DNA of 64,000 nucleotides from Candidatus Methanomethylicia archaeon. GTDB taxonomy: Archaea > Thermoproteota > Methanomethylicia > CALHIW01. The notes beneath the pieces were generated by a model. That model was not told where the DNA came from. It worked only from the letters and a program-made list of their open reading frames with translations, and ran no database searches. The DNA is taken from assembly GCA_038845975.1 (NCBI GenBank), contig JAWBQF010000008.1, positions 1 to 64,000 on the forward strand, given 5' to 3'. Shown piece after piece: positions 9,424-19,151 of the stretch. Every line of letters starts with the position of its first letter. The stretch's first letter is position 1. The position numbers and the translations under genes were made by a program.

Positions 9424-10371
9424 GTGGTAGCTATAGATATTTATGAGGCTGAGCAGAAAATTATAGATGTACTTGTAAATCAATCAGTCAGTGAGATAAA
9501 ACCAGTTTTAGATAGAGCTCAAGTTATCCGTTACCCTTTAATTGAGGATGTTTTAGGTCTTCCAGGCCCTGAAGTACTAAATATTCTAACTCAACTATAT
9601 GAGTTAGGTAGCCTCCAGAGAAGGCTCTACTTTAGGGTTGCTGTCTGTCCTAAATGTGGTGTTATAGATCCACTCTTAATAAGTATTTCATGTCCAAACT
9701 GTAATTCTGTAAATGTTTTTAAGAAGGTGTTTGTTAGACATGTTAAATGTGGATATGAAGGATTAGAGGATAGTTTTAGTGTAGGTAGCTGTCCTAAATG
9801 TAATGTTAAATATACTAGATCAAAAGATTTTATTAAAAAGATAGTTTTTGAATGTAGTGATTGCGGTAAACAGTTTAAGTGTCCAGGTATAACATATACT
9901 TGTAGAAGCTGCTTTACATCTTCAAGTATTGGTAGTGTTTCATTTATGGATGTATATTCATACAGTATTAGTAGGCTAAATCTTCTTAAAGTAGCATTAA
10001 TATCTAGGATTAAGGATCTATTTACTAGTTTAGGATATCGTGTTGAAACTCCAGGATATGTTGAGGGTATAAGCGGGTTAAAGCATAGATTTGATATCTA
10101 TGCTTCTAAGCAAAACAATTCTGTTAGGATGCTAATCAGTATTTACGTGTTTGATAAGCCTATTGATGAACGAGCTATTATGAATTCATTTGCTGTAAGC
10201 TTCGATATATATCCTCTACAAAGCATAATTATAGCTATACCAGGCATATCGGAATCTGCTAGACAGTTTTCACAAGTTCTTAAAACAAATATTATTGAAG
10301 CCTCAAATATTGAGCAGGCGTTGGAAAAGTTTAAAAACTTCATTAATCAAAACATTAAACAGATAATTTAA
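9424..10371 (+). CDS. TackOD1-like multi-zinc-ribbon protein with C-terminal restriction-endonuclease-like fold
   Basis: N-terminal wHTH-like segment (RYPLIED); CPKC, CPNC, HVKC, CPKC, CSDC and CRSC knuckles; GISGLKHRFDIYA (Mrr_cat-like). Confidence 0.65.
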   Translation: MVAIDIYEAEQKIIDVLVNQSVSEIKPVLDRAQVIRYPLIEDVLGLPGPEVLNILTQLYELGSLQRRLYFRVAVCPKCGVIDPLLISISCPNCNSVNVFKKVFVRHVKCGYEGLEDSFSVGSCPKCNVKYTRSKDFIKKIVFECSDCGKQFKCPGITYTCRSCFTSSSIGSVSFMDVYSYSISRLNLLKVALISRIKDLFTSLGYRVETPGYVEGISGLKHRFDIYASKQNNSVRMLISIYVFDKPIDERAIMNSFAVSFDIYPLQSIIIAIPGISESARQFSQVLKTNIIEASNIEQALEKFKNFINQNIKQII

Positions 10372-10862
10372 AACAGTAATACATAAAAATTTATAGGTGT
10401 AGCTTCAATATCCACTCATAAAGATCCGTTTTCATGTAATTTCTATATTAGACTTCATGTAGTTTAGCTTGATGCTGTATTTGTAGTTTCTTTGAGAGAT
10501 TTCTAGAAGCAGTCTGAAATCATAGGTAGATTTAACTATAACTTAACAATAGAGTTAATGAGTTTATAGAGAAGCAAGTATAAAGACTACACAAACTACT
10601 ACTCTAAAATTTAGAGTTTATATTGTTTTATAAGCTCCCTTGTTAGAATCCTACTGGTTCCTCATGCTACACTTAGAGAAATAAGTTAATAAAGCTTACA
10701 GCATAAATGTTAGTAATGTTCCTACTCTTAAAATCCATAACTACTAATTATAAAGGATAAAACACTTCTACTTAACATACAAGATTAACAGGCTACAGTC
10801 ATATAATAGGAAAGTATATAAGGGGAGTTGTAAGAATTCTATGCTGTAAATACTAATACTAG

Positions 10863-11150
10863 GTGAGTATTACGGACTTTTGCCCTAAATGTAGACAGCT
10901 ACTAGTTCCTCAGAGAAAGAAAGATAATACATATCTTGTATGTAGAATCTGTGGGTTTAAGAGGAAAGCTTCAGATAAAAAATCATATAAGCTAAAACAG
11001 GTCATTAACGAGCAGAAACGGAGGAAAACAAGAGTTATCTCTGAAACTAGAGAATTCCCAGTTGAAGGTGAAGAAGCCATACTTGAAGACTACTATAAAT
11101 CATCACTTGAATACCTAGCTGAAACAGAAGAGGGTGAAGAAGAGGATTAG
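10863..11150 (+). CDS. RNA polymerase subunit M / TFS paralogue (N-terminal Zn ribbon only, acidic tail)
   Basis: FCPKC..LLVP...LVCRICGF; no second Zn ribbon; ends ETEEGEEED. Confidence 0.75.
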   Translation: MSITDFCPKCRQLLVPQRKKDNTYLVCRICGFKRKASDKKSYKLKQVINEQKRRKTRVISETREFPVEGEEAILEDYYKSSLEYLAETEEGEEED

Positions 11151-11184
11151 AATATTAGCTATAAGTAAGTCTCTTTGAATATTT

Positions 11185-11333
11185 TGAATGATATAACATT
11201 AAGCTAGGAATTAATCTATACATATTAGACTACTACAAACAGATAAAACAATAAACTACTAATATGTAGAATGATTAAGATATGATAAATAAGGATTTTT
11301 AAGAAAATAATGAATGATATAACATTAAGCTAG
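11185..11333. repeat. 23-bp perfect direct repeat pair
   Basis: tgaatgatataacattaagctag at 11185-11207 and 11311-11333. Confidence 0.85.
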
Positions 11334-11382
11334 TAGCTTTAATAATGGAAAGCTTAATAAATATGTTGTTTTAAGCTATGAT

Positions 11383-12309
11383 GTGAGGGTTGCATATAGT
11401 TTACTTGATCTTATAGGTGGGACCCCTATAGTTTTGCTAAGGAATGTTATTGAGAAACTTCATGGTGAGGTTTGGGCTAAATGTGAGTTTATGAATCCTA
11501 GTGGAAGTGTTAAGGATAGAATTGCTTTATACATGATTAGAAATGCTGAGAAGAAGGGTTTAATTAAGCCTGGAATGAAGTTTCTCATACCTACAACAGG
11601 TAATACAGGTATAGCTTTCGCCTCTGTAGGCGCTTATCTAGGATACAAGGTAGTTATAGTTATTCCTGAAGAGATGAGTTCCGAACGTATATTAACCCTT
11701 AAGGCTCTTGGAGCTGAAATAATATATACACCAGGCGGTGAAAGCGATGTTTTAAAGTCTCTTGAATATGCGAGGAATCTCTCTATGGAGAAACCTGGGG
11801 AATACTATGTTTTCGATCAGTGGAGTGATGAAGCTAACATATCTGCACACTATGAAACTACTGGTAGGGAAATTGTTGAGCAGATAGGTTCAAATATTGA
11901 TGCTTTCATAGCTGGTGTTGGTACAGGTGGAACATTGATAGGTGTAGCTAAGAGACTTAAAGAAGTAAATCCAAAAATTAAGATTTATGGGGTTGAACCT
12001 AGTGAATGTCCAACTATATCTAGGGGGTTATGGGGTACTCATGAAATTGAAGGTATAGGAGATGGATTTACTCCTGAAATTGTTGAGAGGTATAAGTATC
12101 TAGTTGATGACTGGATACTTGTTTCAAGCAGTGAAGCAATATCTACTGCTAAGAGAATCGCATGTATGGAAGGATTGTTTGTAGGTATATCATCAGGTGC
12201 TAATGTAGCCGCTTCTTTAATGCTGCTAAGAGACCATGGCTTAAAAAGAGTTGTAACTATTCTACCTGATTATGGATCAAGATACTTTAGTACAAAACTT
12301 GTAAAATAG
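11383..12309 (+). CDS. cysK: Cysteine synthase family PLP enzyme (CysK/CysM-like)
   Basis: NPSGSVKDR (PLP Lys); TTGNTG; GVGTGGT; IEGIG; GISSGAN; PDYGSRY. Confidence 0.88.
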   Translation: MRVAYSLLDLIGGTPIVLLRNVIEKLHGEVWAKCEFMNPSGSVKDRIALYMIRNAEKKGLIKPGMKFLIPTTGNTGIAFASVGAYLGYKVVIVIPEEMSSERILTLKALGAEIIYTPGGESDVLKSLEYARNLSMEKPGEYYVFDQWSDEANISAHYETTGREIVEQIGSNIDAFIAGVGTGGTLIGVAKRLKEVNPKIKIYGVEPSECPTISRGLWGTHEIEGIGDGFTPEIVERYKYLVDDWILVSSSEAISTAKRIACMEGLFVGISSGANVAASLMLLRDHGLKRVVTILPDYGSRYFSTKLVK

Positions 12310-12417
12310 TCATTAATAATTTCATGCGGCTATGTATTATTCAGTTAACTGTTTAAATATAAATACATATTTGGAAAGGTTTATATACCTTATAGGTTTA
12401 GTCTATAATTCTAGGGG

Positions 12418-13677
12418 ATTATTATCGAAATAGTATTCCTCGGTGGAGCTGGTGAGATAGGTAGGTCAGCTATAATGGTTAAGGCAGATGGTACTAGGAT
12501 TCTTTTAGATTATGGTGTTGCATTAAACGATGTACCTGAGTTTCCACTTCATGTTGCTCCTAGAGATGTTGATGGTGTTATAGTTACACATGCTCATCTA
12601 GATCATTCAGGAGCTATACCTATACTATATGCTGGTAGAGGTGTAGTTAAGACTTATACAACTAGTTTAACATTTGAAACTATGAGGATTCTTCTAGAGG
12701 ATTTCATTAAGCTTTCAGGCTACTACTTACCGTTTGAGTATTCTCAAATTGATGATATGGCTGAAAACTATAGTGAGGTTTTCTATAGTGAGGTTTTCAG
12801 GATTGGTAGTGTTGAAGTTGAGTTTAGAAGATCTGGACATATTCCAGGTGGATTCCAGGTCTTTATAAACGCTGATAAAACGCTTGTTTATACTAGTGAT
12901 TTCTCAGCTGTTAATTCAAGGCTTCTTAAAGGTGCTGATACTAATCTTTACGATGTAGATGCTGTTATTGTTGAGTCTACATATGCTTGTGAAAACCATC
13001 CACCAAGACGTATGCTTGAAGCTGAATTCGTAAAGTCTGTTAATGAGGTTGTTGGGGATGGTGGTATAGTACTTATTCCAGCCTTCTCTGTTGGTAGATC
13101 ACAGGAAATTCTATGTATACTTACAGAGTATGGTGTTAACTATCCAATATATGTTGATGGAATGGCTGTAAGGGTTCTAGATAAGTATCTTGAAAGTAGG
13201 GAATTCATAGATGGCTATGCTCTTCTTGAAAAAGCAAGTAGGAAAGCTTTAATAGTTAATGGTAGTATGAGGAGGAAGATATTGAAGAATCCATGTATTA
13301 TTATTAGTCCTGCTGGAATGCTTAAGGGTGGGCCATCGTTAAAGTATGCTTGGAGGCTTGCAGACAATAGGAAGGCAGCAATATTCCTAGTAAGCTTCCA
13401 GATACCTGGTACTCCAGGTGCAAGACTTCTAAGTGAGAAAAGAATTGAGAGAGGCGGTGTTAATAGAAGTGTTACTGCAAGAGTTGAACAGTATAGGTTT
13501 TCAAGCCATTCAGATATGGATCAGCTTCACAGCCTCCTTAAATCTCTAAAATCTGAAGCTAAGGTTTTTACTGTTCATGGTGAGAATGGAAACTGTAGTA
13601 TTCTTGCAGATTGGGCTAGGAGGGAGCTTAATCTCCAAGCTAAGGCTCCAGATATCGGTGTATCCTATATTATCTAG
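12418..13677 (+). CDS. MBL-fold beta-CASP ribonuclease (aCPSF2 / YSH1-like)
   Basis: HAHLDHSG; GHIPG; VESTY; PAFSVGRSQE; PAGML.GG; FSSHSD; VHGE. The conserved FLGGAGEIGRSA motif lies upstream of the ATG at 12475, so the true start is about 12418-12424. Confidence 0.88.
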   Translation: MIIEIVFLGGAGEIGRSAIMVKADGTRILLDYGVALNDVPEFPLHVAPRDVDGVIVTHAHLDHSGAIPILYAGRGVVKTYTTSLTFETMRILLEDFIKLSGYYLPFEYSQIDDMAENYSEVFYSEVFRIGSVEVEFRRSGHIPGGFQVFINADKTLVYTSDFSAVNSRLLKGADTNLYDVDAVIVESTYACENHPPRRMLEAEFVKSVNEVVGDGGIVLIPAFSVGRSQEILCILTEYGVNYPIYVDGMAVRVLDKYLESREFIDGYALLEKASRKALIVNGSMRRKILKNPCIIISPAGMLKGGPSLKYAWRLADNRKAAIFLVSFQIPGTPGARLLSEKRIERGGVNRSVTARVEQYRFSSHSDMDQLHSLLKSLKSEAKVFTVHGENGNCSILADWARRELNLQAKAPDIGVSYII

Positions 13678-13710
13678 CGTAAAGTAATTAAGTATCTACT
13701 ATCTTCTAGA

Positions 13711-14226
13711 TTGATGAGAATCGGTATATTATCTGATAGTCATGATAATCTAGTAAATATTGAGAAGGCAGTTAAAACACTTAATCAGTTCAGTATTGAT
13801 CTTGCCATTCATTTAGGTGATTACATAGCTCCATTCAGTATTAGGAGGATTGGTGAGCTTCTTAAGACTAGACTTATAGGTGTATTCGGGAATAATGATG
13901 GTGATAAATATTTAATATTAAGTAATGCTAAAACCTACGGTTTTGAAATTTACGATTCTCCATACATGCTAAATATTGATGGATATTCAATACTGGCTAT
14001 GCATGGATACAGCTCTAAAGAGTTTACTAAAAGTCTTATTCATAGCTTATGTTTATCCGGTAAGTATGATGTTATCATGTATGGGCATACACATGAGGTC
14101 CACATAGAGAAAATAGGTAAATCCCTAATTATAAATCCAGGTGAGGTTTTCGGCTATCTATCAGGGAATGCTTCTATTGCTGTTTTGGATTTGGATGGTT
14201 TAAAAACAGAGATTGTTAAGCTTTAG
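13711..14226 (+). CDS. YfcE / MJ0936-family metallophosphoesterase
   Basis: SDSHDN; HLGD; GNND; MHG; GHTH; NPGE. Confidence 0.92.
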   Translation: MMRIGILSDSHDNLVNIEKAVKTLNQFSIDLAIHLGDYIAPFSIRRIGELLKTRLIGVFGNNDGDKYLILSNAKTYGFEIYDSPYMLNIDGYSILAMHGYSSKEFTKSLIHSLCLSGKYDVIMYGHTHEVHIEKIGKSLIINPGEVFGYLSGNASIAVLDLDGLKTEIVKL

Positions 14227-14240
14227 CTTAGTGTTGGTTT

Positions 14241-15332
14241 ATGATTCCTATTGCTAAGCCTATTATTGATGATGATGAAATTGAAGCTGTTGTAAGGGTT
14301 TTAAGATCCGGTATGATTGCTCAGGGTAGGGAGGTTTATGATTTTGAAAGAGAGTTTGCAGGCTATGTAGGGGTTAAGCATGCTATTGCTGTTTCAAGCG
14401 GTACTGCTGCTTTAGATATTGCCTTGAAGGCTTTAAATATAGGTGAAGGCGATGAGGTTATTACAACACCATTTACATTTATAGCTTCAGCTAACTCTAT
14501 CCTCTTCCAGAAGGCTAAACCAATATTTGCAGATATAGATTCTAAAACCTTTAATCTAGATCCTAATAGTGTTAATGAATGTATAACATCTAAAACTAAA
14601 GCTATTCTTGTAGTTCATCTTTACGGTCAGCCTGCAGATATGAAGGCTTTTACTGAGATAGCTGAAGACAATAATTTAGTATTGATTGAGGACTGTGCTC
14701 AAGCACATGGTGCAGAGTTTTCCGGAAGAATGGTTGGATCGTTTGGTCATGTAGCTGTATTCAGCTTCTACACTACTAAAAACATTACAACTGGTGAGGG
14801 AGGTATGATTGTTACTGGTAGTGATGAGATTGCATGGAGGGCTAGACTTCTAAGAGATCATGGACAGACTGAAAAGTATTATCATATAGAGCTCGGCTAC
14901 AATTTCAGAATGACAAATATTCAGGCAGCTATTGGTAGAGTTCAGCTTAAAAAACTTAATCTACTAAATGAGATTCGTAGTAGAAACGCTAAGCTACTAA
15001 CTAGCGGTATTAGTAGAATTAAAGGTTTAACGCCTCCATATGTTGATAGTAGAGTTAAGCATGTATGGCATCAATACGTAGTAAGAGTAGAGAATGATTT
15101 TAAGCTTGGAAGGAATGAACTTGCAGAGCATTTAAGATTGAAGGGTATAGAGACAAGTATACATTACCCTATGCCAATACATTGGCAACCCCTCTATCAG
15201 AAGCTAGGCTATCCGAGAAGTATTTGTCCTAATGCTATAGATGCAAGTATGAAGGTTCTCAGTCTTCCAGTTCATCCCCTGCTAAGAGAGGACGAATTGA
15301 AGTATATTGTTAATGTATTGGAGAGTATTTAG
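14241..15332 (+). CDS. DegT/DnrJ/EryC1/StrS family sugar aminotransferase
   Basis: SSGTAAL; VHLYG; EDCAQAHGA; FSFYTTKNITTGEGG; GYNFRM. Confidence 0.93.
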   Translation: MIPIAKPIIDDDEIEAVVRVLRSGMIAQGREVYDFEREFAGYVGVKHAIAVSSGTAALDIALKALNIGEGDEVITTPFTFIASANSILFQKAKPIFADIDSKTFNLDPNSVNECITSKTKAILVVHLYGQPADMKAFTEIAEDNNLVLIEDCAQAHGAEFSGRMVGSFGHVAVFSFYTTKNITTGEGGMIVTGSDEIAWRARLLRDHGQTEKYYHIELGYNFRMTNIQAAIGRVQLKKLNLLNEIRSRNAKLLTSGISRIKGLTPPYVDSRVKHVWHQYVVRVENDFKLGRNELAEHLRLKGIETSIHYPMPIHWQPLYQKLGYPRSICPNAIDASMKVLSLPVHPLLREDELKYIVNVLESI

Positions 15333-15909
15333 AACCTAGCATTTTTTTAAATTCTTCAAGATCTCTCCAATGTCCTCTTGCAAACAATGTATCATTAGCC
15401 TGAATTCTAGTATCTGAGCTTGGATTAAGTATCCATTTACCGTTTCTTCTTACTGCAACTATACGTATCCCCATTGTTTCTTGAAGTTTCAACTCCTCAA
15501 GAGACTTATTCTTAATACTTGATTCATCATCAACTCTCAGTTTTAAAATTGTTTCCTCAGATTCGTTTACAGCTATTCTTAATACTTCATGGGGTTCAAC
15601 GCCATCTAATACTGGCTTAACCATTGATAATGCTGCATCAGCTAGAGATTCTGCAACCAATCCAACTCTTAAAGCTCCAAGATATTTTCCAGCTTCCTCC
15701 TCAAACTGTGCAAGAGATAATATGTTTAACTCGTAGTTTGTATGTAGATCATCAACATACTCCTCTAATCTTTCAACTTCCTCAGCAAGTTCAACATTAT
15801 TGTATAGTAATGCTGTGTATGCTAGATCAACCATGAATTCCGAAATGTTTTTAAGCTCTATAAGCATATCCATTACTCTAGATATTTTCTCCCTAAACAC
15901 TTCCACCAC
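15310..15909 (-). CDS. PhoU + TrkA_C (RCK_C) domain protein (COG3273-like)
   Basis: LKNISEFMVDLAYTALL...E.LAD.A; C-terminal GIRIVAVRR...WILNP...D.L..RG. Confidence 0.85.
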   Translation of the reverse strand: MVEVFREKISRVMDMLIELKNISEFMVDLAYTALLYNNVELAEEVERLEEYVDDLHTNYELNILSLAQFEEEAGKYLGALRVGLVAESLADAALSMVKPVLDGVEPHEVLRIAVNESEETILKLRVDDESSIKNKSLEELKLQETMGIRIVAVRRNGKWILNPSSDTRIQANDTLFARGHWRDLEEFKKMLGSKYSPIH

Positions 15910-16489
15910 CTATTCTAGATAGTATTTCAGCTCCTAGTGCTGTTGTCTTAACTATTATATAGTCGTTTTCCCTAAGTCTAGTATCTTCACCTGGATTAAT
16001 TATAGTTTTACCTCCTCTACATAGTACTAGGGGAGTAAAGTCTACATTGAATTCATATGGGATTTGACCTAATGTTCTACCTATAAGCGGCGATAGGGGC
16101 TTTACATCAATTTTAACAACAACCTCATCAACCATTTTCAACGATTCAAGAATTATAGGATGTAGCTTAAAGCCCTTCAATAATATTTTAGCTAGATCTC
16201 CAGCAGCATTTGTAATTTCATCTATTGATACTGCAACTGAAAGTATTGGTAGAAGCTTTCTAGCATCCTCAACTGTTTCAGCAGCCATTAAAACCTTCAT
16301 TCTCAACATTGTAAGCAACTCATCAACTCTTTTCTCAAGTCTTAAAACCTCTCTAGCAATATCCTCTGAATCAAACATTACAGATGAAAACGCTAAATCA
16401 ACAATCCTTTCAGATATATTCTTCATTTCAATTAAAATATCTCTTACTGATCTAGGTTCTTCACCTATATCCTCCAATCTATTCTTCAC
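15893..16489 (-). CDS. PhoU + TrkA_C (RCK_C) domain protein (COG3273-like), paralogue
   Basis: EMKNISERIVDLAFSSV...I..AAGDLA; SPLIGRTL...INPG.DTRL.END. Confidence 0.85.
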   Translation of the reverse strand: MKNRLEDIGEEPRSVRDILIEMKNISERIVDLAFSSVMFDSEDIAREVLRLEKRVDELLTMLRMKVLMAAETVEDARKLLPILSVAVSIDEITNAAGDLAKILLKGFKLHPIILESLKMVDEVVVKIDVKPLSPLIGRTLGQIPYEFNVDFTPLVLCRGGKTIINPGEDTRLRENDYIIVKTTALGAEILSRIGGGSV

Positions 16490-17206
16490 CGTTGTAATAT
16501 ATATGCTAAGCCATATATAAGCTTAACCTTAAGAAACCATGCCATGTAAACCTTAGATTTATTTGTGGTTACGCCTATTCACTTATAGTGAGAGTATAGT
16601 TAAGGTTACTAGGATTTCCAGGAACTCATTTATATTAGTTATTTATATATTTCATTCATCCAGTATGGCTTAATACTTTAAGCTTTATTATTGTAGGATT
16701 ATGTATGTTGCTTTAAGCTCTTGCAGGATGCTTACATATGGAGTTGTAAATACGTTTACATCCACATCATCCCCTAAATTACAGTTCTTAATTATATCAA
16801 CTAATGGAGTACTATAAACATGTAGAATACTAATTAAGCATAATTTAGAAATTAGAAAATATGGGAGAATAATTAAGCTAGATGGAATTAAGCTATACAT
16901 TATCATGAAGAGTGACGTAATGTATTTATGCTTATAAAATAATAGCTTTACTCTACAACATGAATTAGTGAAAAGATAACTAAAGAATTCATAGAAAATA
17001 TAAAGAAGTAATTAAGTATGCTTAAGCCTAGAAAGGAAACTATACATTATAATGCTATTCTCGTTTAGCCTCTAATACTTCAAGAAATAGATTTACATAG
17101 TGAAATTTAAACTATTAGAAGAGTAGCTTGTATTTAACTGTAAATTATGTATTTAAAGCTATGTTAAGTTTAGTATAGTAAGTTTTATTAATAGTTAAGA
17201 AACAGT

Positions 17207-17788
17207 TTGAAAGGTGAGGTAGTGAGTTCAGTTTTACGAATAGTGTTTGAAGGCGTAATAGCTCAAGTAGTCTCAGTAACGATTGGGGTGCTTGCAGGTA
17301 TTGGATTAGCCTATATGAGGGGGGCTCTTGAAGAGCTTCCAGGCATGATTATTCTTGTACCTGCATTTCTTGAAATGAGAGGTAATATTAGTGGAACATT
17401 TGCTTCAAGGCTTGGAACTGCATTGCATGTAGGTATTGTGAAGCCATATGTAGACTTCAAGAATCAAAACTTAAAAGCCAATATTCTCGGTACATTTACG
17501 CTAGGTATTATTGAATCAATATTTATAGCTTTCTTTACATATGTTTTATGTTTAGCTTTCAGTTTTAAGTCTATGGGTTTATTTAATCTAGTTCTTCTAA
17601 TGATTATTGCTGGACTACTGTCAAACATAGTAATGATATTTTTAACACTTTACTCCACAATGTATATTTATAGAGTAGGTTTAGACCCTGATACGTTTAT
17701 GGGTCCATACATAACATCTGTTGGAGACGTTGTAAGTATTATTTGCCTATTTATTGCATCCTATATTGTTATAATTGTAGGTGTTTAA
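17207..17788 (+). CDS. MgtE / SLC41-type divalent cation transporter membrane domain
   Basis: PAFLEMRGNI.G.FASRLGT.LH.G; GLDPD.FMGPYITSVGD. Confidence 0.88.
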   Translation: MKGEVVSSVLRIVFEGVIAQVVSVTIGVLAGIGLAYMRGALEELPGMIILVPAFLEMRGNISGTFASRLGTALHVGIVKPYVDFKNQNLKANILGTFTLGIIESIFIAFFTYVLCLAFSFKSMGLFNLVLLMIIAGLLSNIVMIFLTLYSTMYIYRVGLDPDTFMGPYITSVGDVVSIICLFIASYIVIIVGV

Positions 17789-17790
17789 GT

Positions 17791-18354
17791 ATGGCTACAT
17801 ATAAAGCTTCAAGAATACTACGTGAAGGATTTACTGCAATAACTCTATCCGTTATGATAAGTACTTTTGCAGGTACACTACTTAATGTAAGACTTGAATC
17901 ACTAATTACTGTTCCAGTAATTCTCATTTTAATTCCTCCCTTCAACGATATGGCTGGAGATTTTGGATGTATTATAGGAGCAAGACTTGCAACAGCATTA
18001 CATCTCGGTATTATTAAGCCAAGAATTGAGAAGAATACATACCTATTTAGAAATATAATTGCCATTATATTTATAGCCATAATTTCCTCAATCTACTTAT
18101 CTATACTAGTTTATGCTATAGGGGGTATTATGGGCTTAAACATAGTTTCCCCCATATCAATACTTATACTTATACTCATATCATCAATACTTCTAGCTTT
18201 AATAATCATAGCTGTAGGAGTTATTGTAGCGTTTATTAGCTACATTTACCATTGGGATCCAGATAATACAACAATACCAATCCTAACAGCTATAGGTGAC
18301 TTTACAGGTATACTAACACTTATCTATGTCGCCTCACTAATCCACATTATTTAG
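17791..18354 (+). CDS. MgtE / SLC41-type divalent cation transporter membrane domain, second half
   Basis: P.FNDMAGDFG.IIGARLAT.LH.G; WDPDN.TIPILTAIGD. Start taken as ATG 17791. Confidence 0.88.
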   Translation: MATYKASRILREGFTAITLSVMISTFAGTLLNVRLESLITVPVILILIPPFNDMAGDFGCIIGARLATALHLGIIKPRIEKNTYLFRNIIAIIFIAIISSIYLSILVYAIGGIMGLNIVSPISILILILISSILLALIIIAVGVIVAFISYIYHWDPDNTTIPILTAIGDFTGILTLIYVASLIHII

Positions 18355-18407
18355 TATCCCTATATAGGAGATTATCTAGCTCTATAAGCTATAAGTCTAC
18401 CATATAT

Positions 18408-18915
18408 CGTCACTTCTTAAAGTATAGATCTCCACATTAACTCTACCAATATAGAAGTCCACTATAGCATATGTTGCCGGACTCCTCCTCCTATCATGAT
18501 TTTTAAGATGTCCAGTATTAACCTGTATCATCCATCATATATTTAAATTCTAGGTATATGAATATGTCTATGAAGAATCCTATCCATAACTCCTCTAGAT
18601 AATAGTTTTGAGGATCCACATCCTCTTCAGGATCGTTTTCATGTTTAATATTAGTACGTATAATAAGAGTATTCCATCCATTAAAATCCCTAATAATCCT
18701 TATAATAGTCTCCGGTTCCCAATAACTCAAAACTCCCGGTACATGTATTACCCCAATTCCTTCAAGTATTTTAACAGCATCCTACTCCTATAGTCATCAC
18801 CTAAACGTATAATTCCTGAAATACCTCTTACACGTAACTTATCTACTACAGATCTTAGACTCTCTAATTCACTATGAGTATCTGATAAAACACCAATTCT
18901 TAAGAATTCAATCAT
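18408..18915 (-). pseudogene. YfcE-like metallophosphoesterase, frameshifted
   Basis: Manual translation: MIEFLRIGVLSDTHS...IIRLGDDY, then shifted fragments VIHVPGV, HIHIP and VNTGHLK...SPATYAIVDF. Confidence 0.75.
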
Positions 18916-19151
18916 AAATTTAGCTTAAGTAACAGTATAAAACCTACTATATGGGCTTTGTGAACTTGGAGAGTATATAATAGCTCTCTGACATTATTGA
19001 CATAGTAGTTGAATCTACGTGACCCCTATAAGTGTTAGGAGAATATATGTTGTATTCAATATGTATCCATCATAGTATGCTGCAAGCCCATCCAGGCATT
19101 AAAACTATAAGTGTTAATAATAGAAGGTTTGCTCTTACTAGCTTAAGCCAC

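Noticed and set aside
11185-11333. Possible mini-CRISPR
   Set aside because: Only two repeats, a 103-bp spacer, and no leader or cas genes.
16688-16906. 72-aa intergenic ORF (also 30043-30243 and 19032-19229)
   Set aside because: No recognisable motifs; composition matches AT-rich non-coding DNA.
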